From: Promethearchaeota archaeon
GTDB taxonomy: Archaea; Asgardarchaeota; Lokiarchaeia; Sigyniarchaeales; SOKP01
NCBI GenBank assembly: GCA_016840085.1
Contig: JAEOTA010000012.1
Coordinates: 1 to 64,000, forward strand
Length of the DNA stretch: 64,000 bases
Reading direction: 5' to 3'
In this document: in pieces, positions 23,214 through 33,762 of the stretch
Position numbering within the stretch: position 1 is the stretch's first letter
How the letters are laid out: every line of letters starts with the position of its first letter
Program-made: the position numbers and the translations under genes
Notes under the pieces: model-generated
What the model was told of the DNA's origin: nothing
Seen by the model: only the letters and a program-made list of their open reading frames with translations
The model's database searches: none

Positions 23214-23984
23214 ATGGAAGATATTGTGTTATATGAAAAAGAAGGTGATATCGGAAAAATCACTTTAAACAAACCAGAACAAAGGAATCCAATTGATTTA
23301 CTGGTTTTAAAAAAATTGATCGAATATTTTGAATTAAGTGCAAAAAATGACGATGTATGTGTAATTTACAGTGCACATGGTAAACATTTTACTGTTGGAG
23401 CCGATTTAAAATATGGATATGATTTACTATCAAATGAGGAAAGACTCGCTGAAGCTGTTGAATTTCTTGAGTCTTGGCAGATATTAACACGTAAAATGTT
23501 GGCACATCCAGGTATAATTATAGCTGGACTTCATGGTTGGGTTATTGGAGGGGGATTTGAACATACATTAGTTTGTGATTTGCGAATTGCTGCAAGTGAT
23601 ACAAGAATAATGCTACCTGAAGTTGGATTTGGACTTTTCTTTTCGAACGCATCCACTAAATTATTACCAAGAATAATAGGAGAAGCTCGAGCTAAGGAAT
23701 TGATGATTCTTGGAAATGAAATTTCAGCAGATGAGGCATTAAGAATAGGGTTAGTTAATCAAGTTTGCAAACCAGAGGGACTTAAGAGAATCCTCAAAAA
23801 AACAGCTAATATGATTATATCAAGAGATCATCTTGCTCTTAAATATACTAAATCTTTTATAAATGAAAACCAAGATTTAAGTTTCGAATCAGTTTTAGCT
23901 CGAGAATCAATTGCGATGATAACAACAAGCCAATCTGAAGAATTGAATAGACGACTTGAGAGATTTGTAAAAGAAAGAAGTTAA
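23214..23984 (+). CDS. Enoyl-CoA hydratase/isomerase
   Basis: FTVGADL, GWVIGGGFE, CDLRIAA, LPEVGFG. Confidence 0.92.
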   Translation: MEDIVLYEKEGDIGKITLNKPEQRNPIDLLVLKKLIEYFELSAKNDDVCVIYSAHGKHFTVGADLKYGYDLLSNEERLAEAVEFLESWQILTRKMLAHPGIIIAGLHGWVIGGGFEHTLVCDLRIAASDTRIMLPEVGFGLFFSNASTKLLPRIIGEARAKELMILGNEISADEALRIGLVNQVCKPEGLKRILKKTANMIISRDHLALKYTKSFINENQDLSFESVLARESIAMITTSQSEELNRRLERFVKERS

Positions 23985-25180
23985 TATCTTTTATTCAATT
24001 TTTCTAACTTTTTTGCTTTTCTTTTCATTTTAGTTTTCAAAGCTTTTTTAGCATCTTCAACAGCATATAGATATGGGGAAATATTCATTTCGCTTGCTTT
24101 CTGAATTATTTCCATAGTTTTTTCAGAAATTTTAGTCTTGATATATTCAAAAATTTCATCAGTATTTTTAGCTGCTTTACTAATGTAAATAGCTAAAACT
24201 TCTCCAGCATTTACAATAAAATCAGGAAATGCTATAAACTCATATTCATCTAAGGATTCTATTATTTCTTTTTGATATGGTATATTTGCTGCTGGAACAA
24301 TTGCAATTGCTTTAATCATGTCAATATTGTTTTTATTAATTACATCTGGTCGGGCACCTGGAATGATAAACTCAACAGGATATTCTGATGATAATTCAAA
24401 CAATTTTTCTTTAGGGACTTTAATGAGATTTCTACTCTCATAATGATTAACTAGATCATCACCATAATTTAATTTTAATTTTAATAATTCAGCAACATTA
24501 AGACCTTCTTCATCAAAAATAGCTCCATTTATAGTTGAAATCCCGTTCAGTTTAAACCCCAATTCGTCTATAATCATTGCTAACGCTGCTCCAACTTTTC
24601 CAAATCCTTCCAAAATTACACGTGGTTTCTGAGATTTCTCAAGCTTCTTATTTGTCAATTTCTTTAAATTATTATTAATAGTTTCTAAACAATATACTAC
24701 TCCATATCCCGTAAATAATTCTTCTATGGGTACTCCATGTCTAAATAAACCTATTTTTTTAGGAGCTAAATTTGGTAATCCAACTATAGTAAAAATCCTT
24801 AATATATCATTATCATCAGTACCCATATCAGGTCCAGGATAGTATAAATAATTTTTAATAAAAGGTGCAATTGAATCTGCAAAACTCGTAAGTAAAACTT
24901 CTTTTTTTTCTATATCAAGAGGATTTCCCCAAATTCCTGCTTTTGCTCCACCTGCAGGAACCTTATAAGAGCTAAATTTGAATGTCATCGCTCGGGCTAA
25001 TCTTATCATTTCATCAACAGTAATATCTGGAGCTAATCGTACCCCACCAGCTGGAGTTCCATAAGAAGAGTTATCAATAACTAAAATTGCTTTCATATCC
25101 ATGTCAGAATTATTTAAAAATAGAATTTTCTCGGGGCCAATATCATCAAATAATGAAGTATCACTTATCTCAAAATTCAT
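23981..25180 (-). CDS. Glu/Leu/Phe/Val dehydrogenase family protein
   Basis: GGVR, LARAMTFK, GGAKAGI, GPDMGT, EGFGKVG, PDFIVNAG. Confidence 0.88.
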   Translation of the reverse strand: MNFEISDTSLFDDIGPEKILFLNNSDMDMKAILVIDNSSYGTPAGGVRLAPDITVDEMIRLARAMTFKFSSYKVPAGGAKAGIWGNPLDIEKKEVLLTSFADSIAPFIKNYLYYPGPDMGTDDNDILRIFTIVGLPNLAPKKIGLFRHGVPIEELFTGYGVVYCLETINNNLKKLTNKKLEKSQKPRVILEGFGKVGAALAMIIDELGFKLNGISTINGAIFDEEGLNVAELLKLKLNYGDDLVNHYESRNLIKVPKEKLFELSSEYPVEFIIPGARPDVINKNNIDMIKAIAIVPAANIPYQKEIIESLDEYEFIAFPDFIVNAGEVLAIYISKAAKNTDEIFEYIKTKISEKTMEIIQKASEMNISPYLYAVEDAKKALKTKMKRKAKKLEKLNKRY

Positions 25181-25311
25181 GCTAATTCTCTTTCAGATTT
25201 AAATTCAAAATTTAGTAGTTGAGATAATTTAATTTTATCCAATTTGCTTAAATAAATTTCTACCAAATTGAATTTTATAAAGTTTAATATTAATTTCATA
25301 TTTTTATCTTT

Positions 25312-26607
25312 ATGGAACGAGAAGAGCCAGTCTTATTTAATAAATTTCCGAATTTGAAGAAAAAAGTTCCCTGGATTCCAATTCTTACAAATATGCCTAC
25401 TCCCATTGAAAGACTCACTGAGTTAGAAAAAAATTATGATTTAAATGGGGGAGAAATATATATCAAACGCGATGATAAAAATCATCATATTTATGGAGGA
25501 AACAAATTCAGAAAATTTGAATTTATTTTTGGAGATGTTTTAGAAAAAAAGAAAAAAGGTGTAGTGACATTAGGAGGAATAGGCACCAATCATGGAATAG
25601 CTTGTGCTATTTTGTGTAAAGAATTATATAAACCATTGAAATGTGATCTTTTTTTGTTTCCTCAACCAATAACTTGGCATGTACAACGTACATTGTTATT
25701 GGATGATTATTTTGGTGCAAAACTTCATTTTAGCAAGGGTGATATAAGAGCATTTATTAAAACTTTATTTTTTCAAATTAGGCATCCAAAATATTATTTT
25801 ATATTCCCCGGCGGATCCCCTTTGTTTGGTTTTGGAACTCCTTTAGGAGCAGTAGGATTTATTGATGCTATTTTTGAATTAGAAGAACAAATAAAAAATG
25901 GTGAAATTCCAGAACCAGATGCTCTTTTTATTGCGGGAGGATCAACTGGAACTGCAGCTGGTATAGTTGCGGGATGTAAGCTTTTAAATCTAAAGACTAA
26001 AGTATATATTGTAGCTGTTTATGAATATTTTGTCGCAAATCCATCTTCAATTATAAAAAATGCTAATAAAGCTTTAAAATATTTATATAAACGAGATAAA
26101 GATATTCCTAAAATCAAAATCACTGAAAACGATTTTGAATTTATAAAGGGATATTTAGGTTCTGGATATGGAATAAAGACTAAAAGGAGTCAAAAAACAG
26201 TTGATATCGTGTATGAATTAGAAGGAAAAAACAAAGGGTTTATGTTAGAAACAACATATACTGGAAAAACAATGGCAGCGATGTTCGAATACCTTAATAA
26301 AGAGGAAAATAAATCTAAAAAAGTGTTATTCTGGAATACGTATAATTCAAACGATCTAGACAAATATCTTAAGGAAAAAAGTTATAATTATGAAAATCTT
26401 CCTAAAAAATTCCATAAATTCTTTGAAAGCAAAACATTTCAATGCTGGCAAATCACAAATTGCCCTGAAGAAATTAGAAATAAATGTCCTGCTTATTTTA
26501 ATCATGAATATAGATTCTGGAAAGTTACTGATTGTTTACTCAATGAAAAGAAGAGAAAGAAAGCTTATGAAGAATTGAATAGTGTAATTAAATTAGAAGA
26601 GGCTTGA
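25312..26607 (+). CDS. PLP-dependent D-cysteine desulfhydrase/ACC deaminase family protein with a Cys-rich C-terminal extension
   Basis: PTPI, YIKRDD, GGNKFRK, TNH, GSTGTAAG, YTGK. Confidence 0.85.
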   Translation: MEREEPVLFNKFPNLKKKVPWIPILTNMPTPIERLTELEKNYDLNGGEIYIKRDDKNHHIYGGNKFRKFEFIFGDVLEKKKKGVVTLGGIGTNHGIACAILCKELYKPLKCDLFLFPQPITWHVQRTLLLDDYFGAKLHFSKGDIRAFIKTLFFQIRHPKYYFIFPGGSPLFGFGTPLGAVGFIDAIFELEEQIKNGEIPEPDALFIAGGSTGTAAGIVAGCKLLNLKTKVYIVAVYEYFVANPSSIIKNANKALKYLYKRDKDIPKIKITENDFEFIKGYLGSGYGIKTKRSQKTVDIVYELEGKNKGFMLETTYTGKTMAAMFEYLNKEENKSKKVLFWNTYNSNDLDKYLKEKSYNYENLPKKFHKFFESKTFQCWQITNCPEEIRNKCPAYFNHEYRFWKVTDCLLNEKKRKKAYEELNSVIKLEEA

Positions 26608-26613
26608 ATTATT

Positions 26614-27603
26614 TTAAATAATCTCTAATCGTTGCAACAGACCTGTAATTAATATTGGTAATGCTATAGTCGCATCACACCAGACACTAACATGTCTTGA
26701 CTCTTGAGAATATTTACCCCAAGATTTAGCTTCTGAAAATGTGCTTCCTGAAAGTCCCCCATCATATTCTGTAGCAGTGTGTATGCGAACTGAATAATTA
26801 TAACCCATTCTTTCAATTTTATCCATCTCATCGAGCATTGGAAAGATTTGTTGAGCCCAATTTCGTGGAACACCGCCTCCTATTATCAAAGTACCATATT
26901 CTTCCGATTTCCTTATTATATTTGCTAACTTTTTTACATCCTCTAAAATATCAAATTGAAAATCATAACCTTCATAATAAGTATATTTTAATAATTTTAA
27001 AGATAATTCAGAATCAGAGAAAGCAGGCACAAAAATAGGTATGTTCTTTTCAGTAGCCATCGATAAAATTGATCTTTGTTCAATTTTACTCCCAATTTGT
27101 CTTAAAAATTCAGATGGTGTTGTATGAATATTTTTTGTACTGTAAAGAGATTGAATAATTTCAAATAATTTCTTATCGGCAATTGAGTAATTATCCTCTG
27201 GAAGGAAAATGTCATAAATTCGATTTATTCTAAATCTAAACAATTCATCATCATCAACATTAGGACTCCCAACAAAATGTCCAATATTGCAAGCGGCGTC
27301 AACTAAATCATGTGTGATATTGGCACCTGTACTTACTAAAACATCAATTAAATTATATTCCATTAATAATGTTATCAATTCACCCATCCCCGCTGGAACC
27401 AATGCTCCAGAAAGAGTTAACACAGTCAAAATATTTTTATCAGTAACCATTTTGTAGAGAATATCAAGAGCAATACTTAGATTTCTTCCTTGGAAACCAC
27501 AATTTTTTAATCCTATTAAAAGATCATTCACATTTTTTACTTTTTTAGTATCAAAAGGTTTTACTTTTTTTATTAAATAATGTTCTTTTTGATGAGTATT
27601 CAT
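26614..27603 (-). CDS. dys: Deoxyhypusine synthase family protein
   Basis: GFQG, STGANITHD, IGGGVPRN, DGGLSGSTFSEAKSWGK, CDATIALP. Confidence 0.88.
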   Translation of the reverse strand: MNTHQKEHYLIKKVKPFDTKKVKNVNDLLIGLKNCGFQGRNLSIALDILYKMVTDKNILTVLTLSGALVPAGMGELITLLMEYNLIDVLVSTGANITHDLVDAACNIGHFVGSPNVDDDELFRFRINRIYDIFLPEDNYSIADKKLFEIIQSLYSTKNIHTTPSEFLRQIGSKIEQRSILSMATEKNIPIFVPAFSDSELSLKLLKYTYYEGYDFQFDILEDVKKLANIIRKSEEYGTLIIGGGVPRNWAQQIFPMLDEMDKIERMGYNYSVRIHTATEYDGGLSGSTFSEAKSWGKYSQESRHVSVWCDATIALPILITGLLQRLEII

Positions 27604-27937
27604 AAATAAAATTAAATGCTTTAACAGTTTTAAAATAATCTATTTTAATTTTTTTAAAATGTCTTGGAACTATGACATTTTGTCTTAATAATTGCCTTAG
27701 ATCACATATTTAAGGATTAAAACGCTAACATTTCTCTTATTTTATCGATTTAGTTCTTTATAATATTCCTATTTATTATAAAGTGGAAATTTAATAAAAT
27801 ATTTATTAAATAAGTTAAGATTAAGCAATTTAATTATTAAAAATTTGAGTATAGCATTAAGATTTTAAATAAGTTTAAATATAATCATTTATACTAAATT
27901 CTTAATCGAATAATACAAAAGAAATTACGATTAAGCT

Positions 27938-28486
27938 ATGTCTTTAATCCCAAAGAAGGTATTTTTTGTTGAAGGTAAAGGATTTCATAAATCTAAGTTA
28001 GCAGCTTTTGAACAGGCGCTTAGGGACGCAGGAATTGAAAAATATAATATTGTAAATGTTTCGTCAATATTTCCACCTTATTGTATTGAAATTAATAAAG
28101 AAGATGGCTTAAAACAACTTCGACCTGGTCAGATTATATATGCTGTTTTAGCTAGAGTAGATTCTAATGAGTATAATCGCGTAATATGTGCATCTATAGG
28201 TGTTGCAAAACCAGCTGAGAAAAGTCAATATGGATATTTAGCCGAATATCATACTTTTGGTGTAAAACCAGAAAAAGCTGGCGAAACTGCTGAAGATTTA
28301 GCCGCAGAAATGTTAGCAACAACTTTAGGGATTCATTTCGATCCTGATGCTAATTATGATGAAAAGAAAGAAGTATTCAAAATGGATGGAAAAATAGTAG
28401 AAACAAAAAGTATTACAGCATCTGCAACAGTTAGAGACGAGGATGAGTGGGCGTCAGTAGTAGCAGCCGCTATTTTTATACTTTAG
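27938..28486 (+). CDS. pdaD: Pyruvoyl-dependent arginine decarboxylase
   Basis: FEQALRDAGIEKYNIVNVSSIFPP with the S-S self-cleavage site; YGYLAEYH. Confidence 0.92.
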   Translation: MSLIPKKVFFVEGKGFHKSKLAAFEQALRDAGIEKYNIVNVSSIFPPYCIEINKEDGLKQLRPGQIIYAVLARVDSNEYNRVICASIGVAKPAEKSQYGYLAEYHTFGVKPEKAGETAEDLAAEMLATTLGIHFDPDANYDEKKEVFKMDGKIVETKSITASATVRDEDEWASVVAAAIFIL

Positions 28487-28556
28487 ATCTGTTATTCTAA
28501 GAACCAAATAATTATCTAATAGTATATTTAAGAATTTTTTATTTTTCTATTTATTG

Positions 28557-29069
28557 TTATGAATAAATTTCTTTAATTTTTGCTCGACATCTATCGCTTA
28601 CTAAAAGAATAGCGATCGTTGTTGGAGATCCATAATAATTTGATTCTAAATATCCCTTTCCCGGATTAATTAATAAAATTTTTCCTTTATAAATAATACT
28701 GGGGTCATGAGTATGACCATAAATTATTATATCAATATTTTCATTTTTGAATTCAGCCAAAACTTTGTTTTCTATAATCTCCTCTGGACCACCAATTGCA
28801 GGATGAGTAATCCCGATTTTTTTACCAAAAACCTTTAAAATTCTCCTCATCTGGATCTTATCTCTAATACTTTGTGGATCAGCATTACCATATACTCCAA
28901 TAAATCTTTCCCCTTTAGCTTCAATTAAACCATCTAAAACATCCAAAGAAGTATAATCACCAACATGTATAACCCTATCTGAGTCAAAAATTTCTTTTAA
29001 CATATCTTTGGGTAATTCTTCAAAAAACCTAATGTGTGTATCTCCTAGTACTGTTATTTTTATTGGCAT
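28557..29069 (-). CDS. Metallophosphoesterase, YfcE/MJ0936 family
   Basis: GDTH, HVGD, GNAD, YGHTH, NPG. Confidence 0.88.
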   Translation of the reverse strand: MPIKITVLGDTHIRFFEELPKDMLKEIFDSDRVIHVGDYTSLDVLDGLIEAKGERFIGVYGNADPQSIRDKIQMRRILKVFGKKIGITHPAIGGPEEIIENKVLAEFKNENIDIIIYGHTHDPSIIYKGKILLINPGKGYLESNYYGSPTTIAILLVSDRCRAKIKEIYS

Positions 29070-29180
29070 TTTTTTGAATAAAACATTTTTTTAAGAAATA
29101 TCTTTAATGACTTTATTCTTTATAGTAAATAAATTAGTTCTAATTTTAGATAAGGAATTTCATAAAGTTAGGAGATAATT

Positions 29181-30347
29181 ATGGTTACCCAAATAAAACC
29201 AATTAAAACCCCACCTAATCAGGAAGAATTGTCTAGTCGTCTGGAAAAAGTGCGTAGATTGATGAAGAGGGAAAATCTTGATTATTATATTTCTTTTGAT
29301 CCAGTCAACATTTATTATTTAACTAATTTTGCATTTTATGTTCATGAACGTCCTTTTATCCTTATAATACCGATAGAAGGACTCCCCAAAATGTTAATAC
29401 CTCTTTTAGAGAAGGGGCATTTTGAATCTAGAGCACGATGTGAACTTGAGTTTGTAGTTTATTATGAATTCCCAGCACCAAGTAATGAAAACTGGTATGA
29501 TTATTATCAAAAGCTTATTGATAATGATGCTAAAGTAGGAATTGAAGCAGCGATGCCTATAGGGATTGCTAATAAAACTCCAGGAAAGAAAATTGTATCA
29601 GATATTATTGAAGAGGTACGTATTATTAAAACAGATTATGAAATTGGCAGGATCGTTCATGCTTGTAAGGTTGTGAATAAAGGACATAAAGTTTTATTAA
29701 AAAAATGTCGTCCTGGAATTCTTGAATTCACATTATATAAAGAGGTCACTGATGCCATGACCTCTAAGATTGTGCAAGATATCCCTGAAGCTAATTTTAG
29801 AGCAACAGAAACTACAGGTGCTGTATGGCCCCCCTCTGTTTCTCATGATCCTCATTTAATTCCCCATATTTTTGCGCCTATGGAAGAAAGTGGACCACAT
29901 GTGTCCATAGTATCAGCTCAAGTGGATGGGTATGGTGTTGAAATAGAAAGAACATTCTTTTTAGGTTATGTTCCAGAGAAAGCAAAGAAACCATTTGAAA
30001 TTATGTATAATGCTAGAGCATTGGCGTATGATTTATTGAAACCGGGAGTTATCATGAGTGAAGTAGATAAAAAAGTTCGAAAATATATTTCAGAAAATGG
30101 TTATAGGGATTATATTATCCACCGAACTGGACACGGGCTTGGGATCACGGGACATGAAGCACCCTTTCTTGCTGAAGGATATGATCGACTACTTGAGGAA
30201 AATATGGTTATAAGCGTTGAGCCTGGAATATATATCCCTGGATTGGGGGGATTTCGACATTCAGATACGGTATTAATTACAAATGATGGTTATATTAAAT
30301 TAACTAGAGCTCCAGAGTCTCTTGATGAAGTCACAATAAATTTATAA
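29181..30347 (+). CDS. Xaa-Pro peptidase/creatinase (M24) family protein
   Basis: HRTGHGLG, HEAP, SVEPGIY, GFRHSDTV. Confidence 0.88.
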   Translation: MVTQIKPIKTPPNQEELSSRLEKVRRLMKRENLDYYISFDPVNIYYLTNFAFYVHERPFILIIPIEGLPKMLIPLLEKGHFESRARCELEFVVYYEFPAPSNENWYDYYQKLIDNDAKVGIEAAMPIGIANKTPGKKIVSDIIEEVRIIKTDYEIGRIVHACKVVNKGHKVLLKKCRPGILEFTLYKEVTDAMTSKIVQDIPEANFRATETTGAVWPPSVSHDPHLIPHIFAPMEESGPHVSIVSAQVDGYGVEIERTFFLGYVPEKAKKPFEIMYNARALAYDLLKPGVIMSEVDKKVRKYISENGYRDYIIHRTGHGLGITGHEAPFLAEGYDRLLEENMVISVEPGIYIPGLGGFRHSDTVLITNDGYIKLTRAPESLDEVTINL

Positions 30348-30363
30348 TACGAATAAAAAAAAA

Positions 30364-30867
30364 CTATATTTCTTTTATGATTTTATTTAGAGGATTTCTA
30401 TAAGTTAGTTCAGGAATATTCCCTCGAATATAACCAAAAGGTAGAACAGTTAGAAGATAGTCGTTGTCGCCTAACTCTAGTATTTTTTTTGCTTTATCTT
30501 TATTAATTGAACCAATCCAACAAGTGCCAATTCCTAAAGACCAAGCCATTAACATCATATTCATTGAAACTAAGGAAGTATCGATTATATACCATTTATG
30601 ACTTGTCCTTATTTTGCCAATAATTGCTATTGCAATTGGTGCTTCTGCTATAAACCATCCATAACCAGTGGCTCTTGCTATCTTCTTTAAAGTATCCTTA
30701 TTTTTAATTACAATAAACTGCCATGGTTGACGATTTGAAGCGCTTGGTGTCCATCGTCCTGCTTCTAATATCATTTCAATTTCCTTTTCTGGAATAGGTT
30801 TATCTTGAAATGCTCTAATACTCCTTCTACTTTTGAGAAAGTTTAAAAATTCTTTCGGTTCAATCAT
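30364..30867 (-). CDS. Nitroreductase family protein
   Basis: RRSIRAF, TPSASNRQPW, LGIGTCWIG. Confidence 0.92.
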   Translation of the reverse strand: MIEPKEFLNFLKSRRSIRAFQDKPIPEKEIEMILEAGRWTPSASNRQPWQFIVIKNKDTLKKIARATGYGWFIAEAPIAIAIIGKIRTSHKWYIIDTSLVSMNMMLMAWSLGIGTCWIGSINKDKAKKILELGDNDYLLTVLPFGYIRGNIPELTYRNPLNKIIKEI

Positions 30868-30977
30868 ATTAACTACTCTAACTAATCATTAATTGTATTT
30901 AATTTAATAATCATTAAAAATACTCTTTAAATAATATATAAAAATATTCTGCTTGTTCTAAAAATCATCTTAATCCG

Positions 30978-32381
30978 ATGCCTTTAACAGATTTAAAGTC
31001 AAAATATTCACGAAAAGACTTGAAATTTGGTCCAAGAGATAAAGGTGCAAAATTTGTATCAAAATATTATGAAGGGCATCATAAAGAACCGCATGAAGAT
31101 TTTCTATATGGTTTTTTGTGCTTGATTTATGATGGAATTAATCATATTGACGATTTAAAATCAGAAATGAGAGTTTTCTTTATTTCAGCTACAAAGCAAG
31201 TTGTTATTGAGGATAATGATGTTGAAGAATACATTCAAAAGGCCAAACGGAAAAAATTAATTAAAGTAAATGAAAATCAAACAATTGAACTTACTAAAAG
31301 TGGGAAGGAGTTAGTAGAATTAAGTTATTTCTGGAATTTACATACTTCTTATTGGATGAGATTATTGTTTTCTAAAACTTCGGTATTACTAGTATCAGCA
31401 GGTTGTTTAATTATTCTTTCAGTTTTAAAGATTTTAACAGGACTCCAATTAGGCTCTCAAGGAATGTTAACTGAAGGTTTTGAAAACCTAACAGATCTGA
31501 TAAAAGTTGCAATTATTATCATAATTGGATTAAAACTTAAAAATGACAAGTTAGCAAGTATTTTTATTATCTTATTAATGATGATTACGGGGGTCATGTT
31601 GGTTTGGTCTGGAATTGTAAATCTGCTTAACCCAAAATCGATTGTTCCAACTGTACAAGCTTATTCTATTGGTTTTCTTTCTATAGTTTTGAACGTTTGT
31701 TTAATGTATCTCAAAGGAATGGTTGGAAGAACCTCAGGAAACTTATCGCTTCTAAGTGATTCTAAAGATTCTGCATTAAATGTGAAACTTTCTATAAGTG
31801 TTATTATTGGTTTAACGTTTGCAGTTTTTAAAATCTATTACATTGACGCCATTGTTGGAATAATTATCGCGGGTTTTGTATTTAAAGAAGGAATAGAGTT
31901 TATATCAGAACTAATAAAGAAAGAAGAAGATTTTGATATTACCTCTCTGAAAGTGTATGCAGATACTATTTATGAAAATCGCTTAACCGGGTATATTTTA
32001 GGAAGCATTAGAAGAGAAAATCTTACTCGAGAAAAGCTTATTGCTAATTTTTCTAAGGGGTTGTCAAGGGGGCGTCAATACTACGAAGGATTTGCCGACT
32101 TTTTTTATGATGAATTAGGAGCTATAACTGCAGAAAAACATTTAGATAGATTATTAGAAGGAGGATATATTGAAATTTTGCATAATCAATTAGTTTTAAC
32201 AAGGAAAGGACTACGAGCGTTTTATCGTGCTAAAATGAAAGAATTTAAACAAAGATCCGAAGATATTGAGATGACAGGACATAAAATATTTAAAAGCATA
32301 TCTTGTTTTATTTTTATAACTCTTATAGTTTTACTGATAATATATACTCCAGAAATTAATACCTGGTTAGCTAATCTCTAA
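30978..32381 (+). CDS. Cation diffusion facilitator-like transporter flanked by winged-helix-like domains
   Basis: Central TM block with GSQGMLTEGFENLTD, SLLSDSKD and YIDAIVG; N- and C-terminal wing motifs IELTKSG and LVLTRKG. Confidence 0.7.
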   Translation: MPLTDLKSKYSRKDLKFGPRDKGAKFVSKYYEGHHKEPHEDFLYGFLCLIYDGINHIDDLKSEMRVFFISATKQVVIEDNDVEEYIQKAKRKKLIKVNENQTIELTKSGKELVELSYFWNLHTSYWMRLLFSKTSVLLVSAGCLIILSVLKILTGLQLGSQGMLTEGFENLTDLIKVAIIIIIGLKLKNDKLASIFIILLMMITGVMLVWSGIVNLLNPKSIVPTVQAYSIGFLSIVLNVCLMYLKGMVGRTSGNLSLLSDSKDSALNVKLSISVIIGLTFAVFKIYYIDAIVGIIIAGFVFKEGIEFISELIKKEEDFDITSLKVYADTIYENRLTGYILGSIRRENLTREKLIANFSKGLSRGRQYYEGFADFFYDELGAITAEKHLDRLLEGGYIEILHNQLVLTRKGLRAFYRAKMKEFKQRSEDIEMTGHKIFKSISCFIFITLIVLLIIYTPEINTWLANL

Positions 32382-32404
32382 TATATTAATATAAAAAGGG
32401 TTTG

Positions 32405-33676
32405 TTAATCTTTTTCATTACCGTTCTTATATTTGAAATATTCAGATTCAAGATTAGGAAAGAATTTGTTTTTTCTTCCTTCTTTTTTAATATTTATTAG
32501 ATTTAATTCTTTTAATTTGTTAATGTGATAAAGAATCGTTTTATGATCTACTTTAAATTTTTTAGTAATAAGATTGTTCCATATTCCTGGATGATTTTCA
32601 ATCGTTTCCAATACTTCTAAAGTTAGTTTACTTTTTTGAAGTTTTAAATCAATATTAGAAATAGGATTCTTTTGATAATAGGGAAAGTAAGCAATAAAAT
32701 TCCCTATTCGTTTTTTTCCAATGATCTTATACGTTTCCAAAATATCAAGATGCCAAACCAAATTGCCCGCAGCTAATCCTGTTTTACGTAATAATTCATT
32801 GAAATGAACTCCCGGTTCACTCAAAATTAAATCTATAATGTTATTTCTATTTTCATTTTCTAAAACATCATCTAAGGATAATCGATGAGCTCCTTTCTCA
32901 ATCGGAATCGTTCTTGTTTTTAAGTAACGGAAATAGTCCTTTTTTGAAATTAGTATTGCTAATGCTATAATACCAACAATAATTACTGGTATTGTTATAT
33001 ATACCCATGTATAATCATATTCAACAAGTCCAATTTCTATAAGAGTAATATAATAGTCAGTATTTGCATCAATGTTTAAAAGTGAGCTTTCTAAATAACA
33101 TTCTGAATTTGAAGAGTTTATTTTTTCGTAAGTTTCAATTATTTCCCATGCTTCCTGATCCAATTTAAATAGTGCTAATGAATAAGAAGCATCCGAATTT
33201 AACCCATATTGAGAAGTTTTTAGATATTGGATAGTAAGATTGCTAATTGTAACGTTTGATTTGAAATTGAAAACTAAATCATATTGAAATCTAATTTTTT
33301 TTTCTCCTTGTTTTGGATCTTGTGGTTGTTTTATTAAACCAAAATTTTTCAAACTACTCTTAGATGTAATATTTAGAGAAAGTGGATTTTCATTAGTAAT
33401 AACAAAAGAGGTTTGTTTGTTAGCACTTCCATTTTCATATTCTATATAAAGATCTAAAAGGGTATTTGAGGAGATTTCAAACGTAATATTGTTTAAGAAT
33501 TGATACGAGACTCTTTCATATGGCTGAATTCTATCTTCAGTCCAGAATCCAGGAATGTTCTTATTTTTGGCAGCTTTAGCATAACAAATGAAAAGAGTGT
33601 AATTAAATAGAATTAAGAATAAAATAATTGCACAGACAATTTGAGTTTTCCATTTAATAGTATTATAAAAAACCAA
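32405..33676 (-). CDS. Membrane-anchored transcriptional regulator: ectodomain + TM + tandem winged helices
   Basis: N-terminal signal/TM, beta-rich domain, TM helix, LENENRNNIIDLILSEPGVHFNEL...LVWHLDILE and a second HTH TILYHINKLKE. Confidence 0.8.
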   Translation of the reverse strand: MVFYNTIKWKTQIVCAIILFLILFNYTLFICYAKAAKNKNIPGFWTEDRIQPYERVSYQFLNNITFEISSNTLLDLYIEYENGSANKQTSFVITNENPLSLNITSKSSLKNFGLIKQPQDPKQGEKKIRFQYDLVFNFKSNVTISNLTIQYLKTSQYGLNSDASYSLALFKLDQEAWEIIETYEKINSSNSECYLESSLLNIDANTDYYITLIEIGLVEYDYTWVYITIPVIIVGIIALAILISKKDYFRYLKTRTIPIEKGAHRLSLDDVLENENRNNIIDLILSEPGVHFNELLRKTGLAAGNLVWHLDILETYKIIGKKRIGNFIAYFPYYQKNPISNIDLKLQKSKLTLEVLETIENHPGIWNNLITKKFKVDHKTILYHINKLKELNLINIKKEGRKNKFFPNLESEYFKYKNGNEKD

Positions 33677-33762
33677 TTAATATCAATTTCTTATGTTTTA
33701 AATTAAATAAATAAAAATTTTAAAAAAAAAAATGTGTTATTAATAAAATTCATTCATATTAA

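Noticed and set aside
28557-29069. Vps29 (retromer) call
   Set aside because: Motifs fit the generic prokaryotic YfcE/MJ0936 phosphoesterases; nothing Vps29-specific is visible
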